Positions 34,011 through 44,130 of a stretch of 64,000 nucleotides of DNA are shown piece after piece. Numbering within the stretch: position 1 is the first letter of the stretch; each line of letters starts with the position of its first letter. The stretch spans positions 672,001-736,000 of the forward strand of contig CBDCRW010000006.1 in NCBI GenBank assembly GCA_965221125.1, written 5' to 3'. A model generated the notes under the pieces. The model had not been told where the DNA came from, did not search any database, and saw only the letters and a program-made list of their open reading frames with translations. The position numbers were made by a program, and so were the translations under genes. This stretch comes from Alphaproteobacteria bacterium. Lineage in GTDB: Bacteria; Pseudomonadota; Alphaproteobacteria; UBA828.

Positions 34011-35216
34011 ATGTCCGACCGCTCCCGCATTCTCTTCATCAACGTCGGGCACGGCCTCGACCACCTCTTCCTGCTGCTCTACCCCACGGTGGTGCTCACC
34101 CTCGAAGGGGTGTTCGGCCGCTCCTACGGCGAGCTTCTCTCGCTCGCGGTCCCCGGCTTCATCGCCTTTGCCGCGGGCACGCTGCCGGCCGGCTGGCTGG
34201 GCGATCGCTGGAGCCGGCCCGGGATGCTCGCGATCTTCTTCGTCGGCATCGGTGCTTCGGCCATCCTCACTGGCTTCGCCCGCACGCCGTTCGAGCTTGC
34301 GGTCGGTCTCACCTTGATCGGCCTGTTCGCGTCGATCTATCACCCGGTCGGCATCGCCATGCTGGTCGAGGGGCGCAGCAAGGTGGGCAAGCTGCTCGGC
34401 GTCAACGGCGTGGCCGGGAACCTCGGCCTCGCGGCGGCGGCGATCGTCGCGGCGTCGCTCAGCGATGCGATCAGCTGGCGCGCGGCGTTCATCGTGCCGG
34501 GCGCGTTCACGCTGATGATCGGCATCTGGTTCATCGCGGCCTGCCGGCAATGGCACAACAGCGGGGCGGAATCGACCCGGCCCTCGCTCGGCAGGAGCTG
34601 GGGGCGGCCGTCCGGCACCCTTCTGCGTCTGGTGCTCGTGATCGGCGTGGCGACGGCGCTCACCGGGCTCACCTTCCAGACCACGACCATCGCGCTGCCG
34701 AAACTGTTCGACGACGGGCTGGCCGGAATCGCCGACGGCGCGCTCGGCGTCGGCGCGCTGGTCTCCCTGGTCATCGCCATCGCCGCCTTCGCCCAAATCG
34801 GAGTCGGCTGGCTGATCGACCGCTACCCGGCGAAGCCGGTCTGGATCGCCGTGCTCTTCGCCCAGGCGCCGCTGATCGCCGCCGCCGGCGTGCTGGCGGG
34901 CCACGGGCTGATCGTCGTGGCACTCGCCATGATGATGGTCGTGGTCGGCGAGATCCCGATTCAGGACGCGCTCGTCACGCGGTACACGGCCGAGAAGTGG
35001 CGCGCGCGAATCTTCGGCATCAAGTTCCTGCTGGGCCTTGGCGCGAGCGCCGTGGCAGCACCGCTGGTGGCGGGCCTGCACGGCATCTCCGGCGGCTTCC
35101 TCTGGCTCTTCGTCGGGCTCGGCGGCTCGGCGGCGCTGGTCGGCATCATCGCCTTCTGGCTGCCGGGAAGCGCGGCCGGCGCGCCGCAGCAGGCGGCGGC
35201 CAAGGTCGGGGCCTGA
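34011..35216 (+). CDS. MFS transporter
   Basis: About 12 hydrophobic segments; GWLGDRWSR and GWLIDRY motif A; YHPVG. Confidence 0.9.
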   Translation: MSDRSRILFINVGHGLDHLFLLLYPTVVLTLEGVFGRSYGELLSLAVPGFIAFAAGTLPAGWLGDRWSRPGMLAIFFVGIGASAILTGFARTPFELAVGLTLIGLFASIYHPVGIAMLVEGRSKVGKLLGVNGVAGNLGLAAAAIVAASLSDAISWRAAFIVPGAFTLMIGIWFIAACRQWHNSGAESTRPSLGRSWGRPSGTLLRLVLVIGVATALTGLTFQTTTIALPKLFDDGLAGIADGALGVGALVSLVIAIAAFAQIGVGWLIDRYPAKPVWIAVLFAQAPLIAAAGVLAGHGLIVVALAMMMVVVGEIPIQDALVTRYTAEKWRARIFGIKFLLGLGASAVAAPLVAGLHGISGGFLWLFVGLGGSAALVGIIAFWLPGSAAGAPQQAAAKVGA

Positions 35217-35366
35217 AGCGGCGGAATTCATGTCCGCTTTGCTGTTGCGTTCCGTGCGCTGCCCTATGCTAAGCTCGCATCCACGACGTACACATGCGGC
35301 CGGCGCGGCTCCCCGCCCGCCGGAAGCAGGACGGCCCTCGAACCAAACGCAATGGGAGGCGGCTCG

Positions 35367-36767
35367 ATGGAGTGGTTTCACAAGAGGAAGCAGACGAAGA
35401 AGCAGAAGTTCGACGAGGAGATGAAGGCCAAGGGGGGTATCGTCGACCCGTTGAACCCGTCGCGGCGCGGCTTCATGTCGATGGCCGGCACCGCCGCCAT
35501 CGGCGCGATGGGCGTGGCCGGAGCCAACACCCTGGTCGCGCTCAACAACGGCGCCAAGGCCGACGGCGAGCCGATCCCGGTGGGTGCAATGCTGCCCTTC
35601 ACCGGTTGGGGCGCGGACGATGCGCGGAACTTCGAGGCCGCCATCACGCTCGCGGTCGAGGAGATCAACGAATACGGCGGCGTCCTGGGCCGGCCTATCG
35701 AGGTCCACTACGAGGACACCAAGGAGATCACCGCCGAGACCGTGACCTCGGCGGCGCGGCGCCTGATCGACCGGCACGAGGTGCATGCCATCGTCAACGG
35801 CTACAACACGCTGTCGGTCCGGGCCGAGTACGACACCATTGCGGATGCAGGGATTCCCTACATCCACGACAACACCCAGTACGGTCACCAGTTCGCGGTC
35901 AAGGACAACTTCGACCGCTACTATTGCATCTTCCAGGACGACCCGTCCGAGTACTACTACGGCTCGGGCCTGATCTACTTCCTGGACGAGCTCGAGAAGC
36001 GCGGCAAGTGGAAGCGGCCCAACAACAGGTTTGTGCTCTTCTCGGGCAGCATCGACTACGCGACCACCATCGCGGCCGCCGTGCGCGACACGGCCCCGCA
36101 GTTCGGCTGGGAGCTCGCGATCGACGACGTCGTGACCCAGCCCGTCGATGACTGGGGCCCGGCCCTGGTGCGCGCGCGCGAGGCCGACCCCGCCATCATT
36201 GCGGCGACCCACGGCTTCCCGAGCGATCAGACCGGCCTGGTGACGGGCTTCGCCGAGAACCCGACCAACAGCCTGCTCTACGTGCAGTACGCGCTGCAGC
36301 TGCGGGCCTTCCTCGACATCGTCAAGGAGACCGGCGAGGGCGTGTTCTGCTCGACCACGATCGGCACCCTGCAGGACGAGATCGGCAACGCCTTTACCAA
36401 GAAGATCCGCGATCGCTGGGGTCAGGACATGAGCCCGTCGGTCGGCGGACAGGTCTACGACTCGTACTACCTGTGGGCGATCGCGGCCGCCCGTGCCGGC
36501 GGCACAGGCGTGCCCTACGACGGCATCGAGCAGAACAGGAAGGTGTGTCACTTCCTCCGCGAATCGATCTATCGCGGCGTGGTGGGCACCATCCGGTTCA
36601 TGTGGGGTCAGGCGGCAACGCCTTATCCGGCGGAGACCAACGATCCGTCGCTAGGCATGCCCACGATCATGATGCAGTGTCAGGACTGGACCAAGGACGT
36701 GGTCTACGTCGGGCCGTCGCCCTACGACACGGCGGACTGGCTGAACCCGCCGTGGCTCACCAGCTAG
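35367..36767 (+). CDS. HAAT/Liv-family ABC substrate-binding protein with Tat signal
   Basis: SRRGFM twin-arginine motif; EEINEYGGVLGRPIE; first gene of a liv-type operon. Confidence 0.88.
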   Translation: MEWFHKRKQTKKQKFDEEMKAKGGIVDPLNPSRRGFMSMAGTAAIGAMGVAGANTLVALNNGAKADGEPIPVGAMLPFTGWGADDARNFEAAITLAVEEINEYGGVLGRPIEVHYEDTKEITAETVTSAARRLIDRHEVHAIVNGYNTLSVRAEYDTIADAGIPYIHDNTQYGHQFAVKDNFDRYYCIFQDDPSEYYYGSGLIYFLDELEKRGKWKRPNNRFVLFSGSIDYATTIAAAVRDTAPQFGWELAIDDVVTQPVDDWGPALVRAREADPAIIAATHGFPSDQTGLVTGFAENPTNSLLYVQYALQLRAFLDIVKETGEGVFCSTTIGTLQDEIGNAFTKKIRDRWGQDMSPSVGGQVYDSYYLWAIAAARAGGTGVPYDGIEQNRKVCHFLRESIYRGVVGTIRFMWGQAATPYPAETNDPSLGMPTIMMQCQDWTKDVVYVGPSPYDTADWLNPPWLTS

Positions 36768-36805
36768 GAACGGTCACCCCGAATACATAGAACACGGTTC
36801 AGGCA

Positions 36806-37612
36806 ATGGATTCGGGGGAACATGCACCGCTGCTGGCGTGCCGGAATGTCTTCAAGTATTTCGGCGCGCTGGCAGCGGTAAACGACTTCGATCTCGACGT
36901 TTACGCGGGGGACGTGGTCGGCATCGGCGGCCCGAACGGCGCCGGCAAGACCACCTTCCTCGACGTCATTTCCGGCATCAACTCCGCGACCAGCGGCGAG
37001 ATCAATCTGGAGGGGCGGGACATCTCGCGGGTTCGCCCCGATCTCATCTGCCATCGGGGCATGGCGCGGACCTTTCAGCTCAACGCCGGCTTTGATTCGC
37101 TCACGATCCGCGAGAACGTGCTGATCGGCTCGGCCTTCGGGCTCGGCGATCATGGCGTTCCGGCGGTGACCTTCTCGCGGGCCATGCGGGAGCGCGTGGA
37201 CCGTGCGCTTGAGCTGTGCCGGCTAACAGACCGCGCGCATGCGGTGGCCCGCGACGTGCCCGTGCTCGAGCGCAAGCTGCTGATGCTGGCAAGCGCAGTC
37301 GCGACCGAGCCCACGCTCCTCCTCATCGACGAGCCAGTGGGCGGACTCAACCCGCACGAGGTCGACGACGTGATGGAGATCGTCCTCGGCCTCGCCGCCG
37401 AGGGCATGACGATCATCCTGATCGAGCACGTGATGCGTTTCCTGCTGCAGGTCTCGACGCGGGTCGTCATCATGCACCACGGCGAGAAGATCTATGAGGG
37501 CGACACGCAGGGGCTGCTGAGCGATCGGCGCGTCGTCGAGGTCTACCTCGGCGAAGGCACGGCAGATCGCCTGCAGCACATGCTGGCGGATCGGGCGGGC
37601 GCCAATGGCTGA
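36806..37612 (+). CDS. Liv-type ABC ATP-binding protein (LivG-like)
   Basis: GPNGAGKT, ARTFQ, DEP and IEH motifs. Confidence 0.92.
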   Translation: MDSGEHAPLLACRNVFKYFGALAAVNDFDLDVYAGDVVGIGGPNGAGKTTFLDVISGINSATSGEINLEGRDISRVRPDLICHRGMARTFQLNAGFDSLTIRENVLIGSAFGLGDHGVPAVTFSRAMRERVDRALELCRLTDRAHAVARDVPVLERKLLMLASAVATEPTLLLIDEPVGGLNPHEVDDVMEIVLGLAAEGMTIILIEHVMRFLLQVSTRVVIMHHGEKIYEGDTQGLLSDRRVVEVYLGEGTADRLQHMLADRAGANG

Positions 37613-38321
37613 GGCGCTCCTCTCCGTTCAGAACCTGTACGCGGGGTACGAGGGACAGAGCGTCCTCAGGGACGTCTCCTTCGATGTGCCCGAAGGCGGG
37701 CTCATCACGATGCTCGGCCCCAACGGGCACGGCAAGACCACGCTGCTGCGCTGCATCGCCGGACTGCTCCGGCCGAGTGGCGGCCAGATCGAGTTCGCGG
37801 GACGGCGGATCGAAGGCGCCGAGGCGGAGACGGTGGTCGGGCTCGGCGTCGTCCTGATCCCCCAGGGCGACATGCTGTTCCCCGACATGAGCGTCTACGA
37901 CAACCTCAAGATGGGCGCCTACCTGCCCCGGGTGCGCAGGACCTTCGAGCAGGAGGTCGAGAGAATCTACGAAATCCTGCCCCGGCTGAAGGAGCGCACG
38001 ACGCAGCTCGCGCGCACGCTTTCCGGCGGCGAGCGCCGCATGCTGGCCATCGGCCGCGGCCTGCTGGCGGGCGGGCGCATCCTGATGATCGACGAGCCCT
38101 CGCTTGGCCTCGCGCCCATCGTCATCGACCAGATCTACGAGATCATCACGGACCTCAAGGAATCGGGCCGCACGATCCTGCTGGTGGAGGAGAACGCCAG
38201 CCGGATCATCGACCTCGCCGACCGCATCCACCTTCTCGATACCGGCCAGATCGTCTGGGCCGGCGACGGGGAGGAGCTTCACAATAACCAGCAGATCCTC
38301 GAGACCTATCTCGGCGGCTGA
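37605..38321 (+). CDS. Liv-type ABC ATP-binding protein (LivF-like)
   Basis: GPNGHGKT, LSGGE and DEPSLGLAP motifs. Confidence 0.92.
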   Translation: MAEALLSVQNLYAGYEGQSVLRDVSFDVPEGGLITMLGPNGHGKTTLLRCIAGLLRPSGGQIEFAGRRIEGAEAETVVGLGVVLIPQGDMLFPDMSVYDNLKMGAYLPRVRRTFEQEVERIYEILPRLKERTTQLARTLSGGERRMLAIGRGLLAGGRILMIDEPSLGLAPIVIDQIYEIITDLKESGRTILLVEENASRIIDLADRIHLLDTGQIVWAGDGEELHNNQQILETYLGG

Positions 38322-38339
38322 CGGTATCGGGTACGCACA

Positions 38340-39233
38340 GTGAACTTCTTCGTCCAGATCATCGTCAGCGGACTGACCTTCGGCGCCATGTATGCGCTGG
38401 CGGCCGTGGGGCTCGCGCTCGTCTGGGGCGCGTTCAACATGCTCAACATGGCCCACGGCATCATCATGACGCTCGGCGCCTATTTCGTGCTCGTCTGGGC
38501 CGAAGGCTGGGGATTGCCGCTCTGGTTCGCGGGCCCCTTTGCCTTCCTCGCAGGCGGCCTGTTCGGCGCCGGGGTCTACTTCGTCTCCGCCCACTGGATG
38601 CTGCGGCAGAGGAACTTCGAGGTCACGATCATCATCGCGACCTTCGGCCTCGGCATGGCGCTGGAGGCCGGCTTGATGAAGATCCTGCGCGAGTGGTTCC
38701 ACGCCTCGCCCTACGCGCAGCCGCTCTCCATGGGCGCCGATTCGTTCCTCATCGGCGATGTCCCGGTCAGCTACCAGCGCCTCATCATCTGGGCCGTCGC
38801 TGTGGTGCTGATCGTCCTCGTCGCGCTCTTCCTCACGCGCACGACCATGGGCCGCGCCATCCGGGCGACAGCGCAGAACCGCGACGCCGCAAGGCTCATG
38901 GGCGTGAAGGTGAAGCGCGTCTACGTCATCGTGCTGGCGCTCGCCAGCGCGCTGGCGGGCGTCGCCGGCATCATGCTGAGCTCGTTCCGGGACGTCGTGC
39001 CGCTCATGGGCCAGACGCCCATGCTGAAGGCGTTCATCGTGATCGTGCTGGCGGGCCTCGGCAACATGACCGGCGCGCTCTATGCCGCGCTTCTGATCGG
39101 CATGGTGGAAGCGGCGGTGAAGGTGCTTGTGGCCGACAAGTGGGGCTTCCTCGCCATGCTCGTCGTGGTGGTGATCGCGATCATCTGGCGCCCGGCCGGC
39201 CTCTTCGGCAAGCACCAGATCGCGCGGCAGTGA
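38340..39233 (+). CDS. Liv-type ABC permease (LivH-like)
   Basis: YALAAVGLALVWG, LNMAHG, GRAIRA and RPAGLFG motifs. Confidence 0.92.
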   Translation: MNFFVQIIVSGLTFGAMYALAAVGLALVWGAFNMLNMAHGIIMTLGAYFVLVWAEGWGLPLWFAGPFAFLAGGLFGAGVYFVSAHWMLRQRNFEVTIIIATFGLGMALEAGLMKILREWFHASPYAQPLSMGADSFLIGDVPVSYQRLIIWAVAVVLIVLVALFLTRTTMGRAIRATAQNRDAARLMGVKVKRVYVIVLALASALAGVAGIMLSSFRDVVPLMGQTPMLKAFIVIVLAGLGNMTGALYAALLIGMVEAAVKVLVADKWGFLAMLVVVVIAIIWRPAGLFGKHQIARQ

Positions 39234-39243
39234 AGGCGACGAG

Positions 39244-40302
39244 ATGAAGACCCGCGATTACGTCATCTTCGCCATTCTGCTGGCGGTGGCTGCGGCATTC
39301 CCCTTCATGGGGGTGCCGCGCTACATCATCGCGAGCACGTTGCTGCTCTTCTGCTACGCGACCGTGGTCAGCCAGTGGAACCTGGTGTTCGGCATCGCCG
39401 GCATCTTCTCGCTGGCGCAGCTTGCGATCTTCGCCTTCGGCGCCTACTCGACGGCATTGATGGGCCGCTACCTGGACTGGAGCCTGTGGCCCACGTTCCC
39501 CATTGCGGGCGCCGCGGGCGTCATTTTCAGCATCTTCATCGGCCTCGCGTGCTTGCGGATGCGCGGCATCTACGTGGCCCTGCTGACACTGGCCATCTCG
39601 CAGACCATGTTCGTGCTGATCCAGACCGATTCAGACTGCAGCGAGCTGAACAAGGCGATCAACCCGTCGACCTGCGTGGCCTTCACCGGCGGCCCGCAGG
39701 GGCTTGGCGACTTCGGCACTTTCGGCTGGCGCGAGGTGCTGGGCGGGCGCAACTGGATGATGGGCGACTACTACACGATGCTGGGCCTCCTTATCGTGGC
39801 GCTGGTCTTCACGGTGGCGATGACGCAGAGCCGCATCGGCCTCGCCTTCAAGGCGCTCCGCGACAACGAGGAGCTTGCCACCTCGCGCGGGGTCAGCGTC
39901 TTCAAGTACCAGCTCATCGTCTTCGCGGCCTCGGCCTTCCTGACCTCCATGGCCGGCGCCTTCTACGCCGCCCACTTCGGCTCGGTCGGCACGAACCTCG
40001 TCTCCTTCCCGCTGCTGCTCTTCCTGATCTCGATGCTGGTCGTCGGCGGTATCGGACGCACCTGGGGGCCGCTGCTCGGCGCCGGATTGCTGATGGTGGC
40101 GGACGAGTTCTTCAAGGAGTTCTCCGACCTGCGCAATATCGGCCTTGGGCTGGTGGTCCTGCTCTTCATGATCTTCCTGCCCGAGGGCGTCGCCGGCGCG
40201 ATCGAATCGGTCTGCAAGCGCATCCAGCGAATCGCCTTGGTCCAACGCATCGAACGGCAGTTGGCCGGGGCGCTTAGACGAGACTCGGCCGCGCCCAAAT
40301 AG
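39244..40302 (+). CDS. Liv-type ABC permease (LivM-like)
   Basis: WNLVFG.AG.FSL, LRMRGIY, ALRDNE and GPLLGA motifs. Confidence 0.92.
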   Translation: MKTRDYVIFAILLAVAAAFPFMGVPRYIIASTLLLFCYATVVSQWNLVFGIAGIFSLAQLAIFAFGAYSTALMGRYLDWSLWPTFPIAGAAGVIFSIFIGLACLRMRGIYVALLTLAISQTMFVLIQTDSDCSELNKAINPSTCVAFTGGPQGLGDFGTFGWREVLGGRNWMMGDYYTMLGLLIVALVFTVAMTQSRIGLAFKALRDNEELATSRGVSVFKYQLIVFAASAFLTSMAGAFYAAHFGSVGTNLVSFPLLLFLISMLVVGGIGRTWGPLLGAGLLMVADEFFKEFSDLRNIGLGLVVLLFMIFLPEGVAGAIESVCKRIQRIALVQRIERQLAGALRRDSAAPK

Positions 40303-40323
40303 CCTCGCCGCGGAACGGACGCG

Positions 40324-42000
40324 ATGACGCGCCGACCACACCGCGCACACACCGCCGTCAGCATTCTGGCCTCGCTCCTATGGGCCGGCGGCCTCGCCGC
40401 CGCCGGGAGCGCCGGCGCGGACGATCCGCAAGCGCCGCGCTTCGTCGATGTCGCCGTCGAAGCAGGCGTGGAGCACGCATACACCGGCGATTGGATCCAC
40501 TATGTGGGCGGCGGTGTCGCCGCCTTCGATTGCGACGCGGACGGCGATCCCGACCTCTTCCTCGCGGGCGGCGCGTCGCCGTCCACGCTCCATCGCAACG
40601 AGAGCCAGCCGGGTACGCCCCGCTTCTCCGCAGTGGAAGGCAGCGCGCTCGCCGAGACCGGCGCGACCGGCGCCTATCCGCTGGATGTCGACGGCGATGG
40701 CGTGATGGACCTCGCCGTGCTGCGGCAAGGCGCGAACAGGCTCTACCGCGGGCTCGGCGACTGCCGCTTCGCCGATGCCGGCGCGGCCTGGGGCGTGGAC
40801 GGCGGCGACGGCTGGACCACCGCCTTCAGCGCCGCCTGGGAAGGCGGCAACTGGCTGCCGACGCTCGCCTTCGGCAACTACGTCGACCGCGACATGTGGA
40901 ACGCCATGCACCTGCCCTTCGGCGACTCGGCCACCGGCGCTGGGCCGACGGCGGCGTGTCCGGACAACGTCCTGTTCCGCCCGGCCGGCCCGGATGCGGC
41001 GACCTACGCGCCCGCGATCGTGCTCAGCCCCGGCCACTGCCCGCTCTCGATGCTGTTCACCGACTGGAGCCGCGCAGGCCGGCCAGATCTACTGGTCAGC
41101 AACGACCGCTTCTATCACGAGGACACGGGCGAGGAGCAGCTCTGGCACCTCGGCGCCGAGCACCTGGGCGCCCGGCCCAGGCTCTACGGGCGCGCCGACG
41201 GGTGGCAGCGCCTTCGCATCTGGGGCATGGGGATCGCCAGCCACGACGTCACTGGCGACGGGCTGCCGGACTACTTCCTCTCGAACATGGGAGCGAACCG
41301 GCTGCGCACGCTGGCGCCCGGCAGCACCGGCAAGCCCGACTTCCGCGAGGTCGCCTTCGACCACGGCGTCGAGGCCACGCGCCCCCATGCGGGCGATGAC
41401 GAGCGGCCGTCCACGGCGTGGCATTCGCAGTTCGCCGACGTGAACAACGACGGCTGGATCGACCTCTTCGTCGCCAAGGGCAACGTGGAGGAGATGGAGG
41501 AGGCCGCGGCGGACGATCCGAACAACCTGCTGCTGGGCGGCCCCGGCGGGCGGTTTCGCGAAGCCTCGGTGGAGGCGGGCGCGGCCAGCATGCGCCGCAG
41601 CCGGGGCGGCGCGGTAGTCGACCTCGATCTCGATGGCCTGCTCGACATCGTCGTCGTGAACCGCGTGGCCAATGTCGAGATCCTGCACAACCGGAGCCGC
41701 GACATGGGCCACTGGCTCCAGCTCAAGCTGCGGCAGGAGGGCGCCAACCGGAACGCCGTCGGCGCCTGGATCGAGGTGCGCGCCCGAGGCCGCGTCCAGC
41801 GCCACGAGGTCGTGGTGGGCGGCGGCCACGTGAGCGGACAGGCGGGATGGATTCACGTGGGCCTGGGGCCGGCCGAGAGCGCCCAGGTTCGCGTGCAATG
41901 GCCGGACGGCGCCTGGAGCCCGTGGCAGCCGAGCGCCGCCAATCGCTTCCTGCTGATCGAGCGCGGGCGTACACTGGCCGCCGTGAGCCCGACCGGGTAG
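40324..42000 (+). CDS. Secreted FG-GAP repeat protein with ASPIC/UnbV domain (CRTAC1 family)
   Basis: Signal peptide, repeated DxDxDGxxD motifs, C-terminal NRNAVGA...HVGLG...VQWPDG. Confidence 0.88.
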   Translation: MTRRPHRAHTAVSILASLLWAGGLAAAGSAGADDPQAPRFVDVAVEAGVEHAYTGDWIHYVGGGVAAFDCDADGDPDLFLAGGASPSTLHRNESQPGTPRFSAVEGSALAETGATGAYPLDVDGDGVMDLAVLRQGANRLYRGLGDCRFADAGAAWGVDGGDGWTTAFSAAWEGGNWLPTLAFGNYVDRDMWNAMHLPFGDSATGAGPTAACPDNVLFRPAGPDAATYAPAIVLSPGHCPLSMLFTDWSRAGRPDLLVSNDRFYHEDTGEEQLWHLGAEHLGARPRLYGRADGWQRLRIWGMGIASHDVTGDGLPDYFLSNMGANRLRTLAPGSTGKPDFREVAFDHGVEATRPHAGDDERPSTAWHSQFADVNNDGWIDLFVAKGNVEEMEEAAADDPNNLLLGGPGGRFREASVEAGAASMRRSRGGAVVDLDLDGLLDIVVVNRVANVEILHNRSRDMGHWLQLKLRQEGANRNAVGAWIEVRARGRVQRHEVVVGGGHVSGQAGWIHVGLGPAESAQVRVQWPDGAWSPWQPSAANRFLLIERGRTLAAVSPTG

Positions 42001-42004
42001 CGGC

Positions 42005-42970
42005 ATGGACGACTGGATCGCGCGCAAGGACCTGATCGAGGCGCCGCGCCTCAAGGCGCTGTCGCGGCGCTCCGACCTCCTGGGCTGGCTCCAGACGCTG
42101 AGCCAGCTCGGCGCGGCGGGGCTCACGGGCTACGCGATCCACGCGCTCTGGGGCAGCTGGTGGGCAGCGCCGGTGTTCGTGGCCCACGGCATCATCCTCT
42201 GGGGCTTCTGCTACGCGGGCCAGCACGAGCTCGGGCATTGGACGGTCTTCCGCAGCCGGGCGCTCAACGACGCCTTCGGCCATATCGCGAGCTTTCCGCG
42301 CTTCTATGCCCACAACTATCAGCGCTTCTTCCATTTTGCTCATCACCGGCACACCAAGGTGGCCGGGCGAGACCCCGAACTGCTGGTGCAGAAGCCGTGG
42401 ACGCTCGTGGGCTATCTCAGCTTCGTGGCCGGCCCGGCACTCTGGATCGCCCAGGTCCGCAATGTCGTGGAGCACGCCGTCGGCCACGCGCCCGAGCCCT
42501 TCCTCCGGGAAAAGGAGCGGCGCATCGTGATCCGCGAGGCGCGGCTCTACCTGCTGGGCTATGCGGCCGTCGTGGCCCTCTCGGTCTATTTCGAAAGCTG
42601 GATTGCGCTCATCTGCATCTGGGGGCCGATGGTGCTGACGACGGCCTTCTACCGCCTCTACGTCGCGGCCGAGCACCACGGGCTCCCCAACGGTCGCGGC
42701 GTGATCGGGAGCACGCGCACGACCCGTGCCGGGCCGCTCCTGCGCTGGCTGATGTGGCAGATGCCCTACCACACCGAGCACCATCTCTTCCCCGGCGTGC
42801 CCTTTCACAAGCTGGGCGCGCTGAACCGGGAGCTGCGCGAGCGCACCGATTCCAAGCTCGCCGGAGTCAACGAGGTGGCACCCGGCTACATCGCCGTGAA
42901 CCTCGCGCTCCTCGCCATGCTGCGCCGTGGCGAAGACCCCACCGACCTCGCCGAGGCGGCGCGGGCGTAG
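42005..42970 (+). CDS. Membrane fatty-acid desaturase/hydroxylase family protein
   Basis: His boxes HELGH, HFAHHRH and YHTEHH. Confidence 0.88.
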   Translation: MDDWIARKDLIEAPRLKALSRRSDLLGWLQTLSQLGAAGLTGYAIHALWGSWWAAPVFVAHGIILWGFCYAGQHELGHWTVFRSRALNDAFGHIASFPRFYAHNYQRFFHFAHHRHTKVAGRDPELLVQKPWTLVGYLSFVAGPALWIAQVRNVVEHAVGHAPEPFLREKERRIVIREARLYLLGYAAVVALSVYFESWIALICIWGPMVLTTAFYRLYVAAEHHGLPNGRGVIGSTRTTRAGPLLRWLMWQMPYHTEHHLFPGVPFHKLGALNRELRERTDSKLAGVNEVAPGYIAVNLALLAMLRRGEDPTDLAEAARA

Positions 42971-43169
42971 GAACCATAGATGACCTTACTCGTTGCCGCG
43001 CCTGGAAGGACAAGATTCGACGCCGACGGGCATGTGGAATGGCGGTGCCAAATTGTTGTTGCCCAACGCGAGTGCTTCGGAACGCGTGGCCGAACAGCCA
43101 CAGTGAGACTGAGCGCGAAGCCGCCTATGTCCTGGAACCAACGACCATCGTGATCGCGGAGAAGATGCG

Positions 43170-44003
43170 TTGAGTTCCAAGATACGCCTGCATAGGTGCT
43201 GCCCCAGCTGCGACACCAACAATTCAGGCGAGCCTGTACTCTCGTACTCGTGGCGCGATTGGGTGCTGCGCCGCTGCAGAAATTGCCGGTTGGTTTACTT
43301 GGAGAATCCCCCGGATTATTCGGCTCTTGAAACGGATTTTGCATGGGAGAAGAATTTTAGAGAGCGCGAAGTCCGCATGCGCAAGGAGTATCCCGTCGCG
43401 CTGGGCGTGTCGCGCCTTTGGAAGACGATTCGCCGCCACCTCCTGCCCAAGCCGGACAAGCTGACAGCACGCTTGCAAAACCTGGTGCCGCCCGGTCGGG
43501 TAATCGACGTCGGCTGCGGCGATGGCGGCCGGGTATCTGCCCTGCCACGGCAGTATGAGGTCATCGGCATCGAGATTTCGCTGGCGCTCGCGCGAGAGGC
43601 CGGAGCGCGACTCGCCAGCCGCAAGGGTAAGGTCGTCAACATGCCGGCAGTCGAGGGCCTCGCCAGCATCGAGCCGGGGACGGCGTCCGGTATCATCATG
43701 CGTTCGTTTCTCGAACACGAGCACCAGCCTGGGGCGCTCTTGGCTGAGGTGGCGCGCGTCCTGCGGCATGACGGCGTGGCCATCATAAAGGTGCCAAATT
43801 ACGCGAGCGTGAATCGGCGGATCATGGGCTCTCGCTGGTGTGGGTTTCGCTTTCCCGGCCACGTGAACTACTTTACGCCCGCAAGTCTGAAAGCGATGGT
43901 CGAAGCAGGCGGATTGACAACGGTCAGTTTTGGATTGTTCGATCGTTTTCCATTGAGCGACAATATGTGGATGGCGGTGCGTAAGAGCAGGACGGCTGGA
44001 TAG
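43170..44003 (+). CDS. Class I SAM-dependent methyltransferase with N-terminal CxxC..CxxC
   Basis: CPSC...CRNC, IDVGCGDG, LEH, VPN and HVNYF motifs; lower GC than its neighbours. Confidence 0.85.
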   Translation: MSSKIRLHRCCPSCDTNNSGEPVLSYSWRDWVLRRCRNCRLVYLENPPDYSALETDFAWEKNFREREVRMRKEYPVALGVSRLWKTIRRHLLPKPDKLTARLQNLVPPGRVIDVGCGDGGRVSALPRQYEVIGIEISLALAREAGARLASRKGKVVNMPAVEGLASIEPGTASGIIMRSFLEHEHQPGALLAEVARVLRHDGVAIIKVPNYASVNRRIMGSRWCGFRFPGHVNYFTPASLKAMVEAGGLTTVSFGLFDRFPLSDNMWMAVRKSRTAG

Positions 44004-44130
44004 TCGTGCGGTCTCCTTTGTTCGCGATTGCTGGTCGACAGAGCCGCGCAAAGCGGACCGGACCGAACGGATGCGAATTGACGACTCGCCGGGCCGCAGA
44101 AGACTGTCTTGGCGGCAGGGAGAGAGGCCG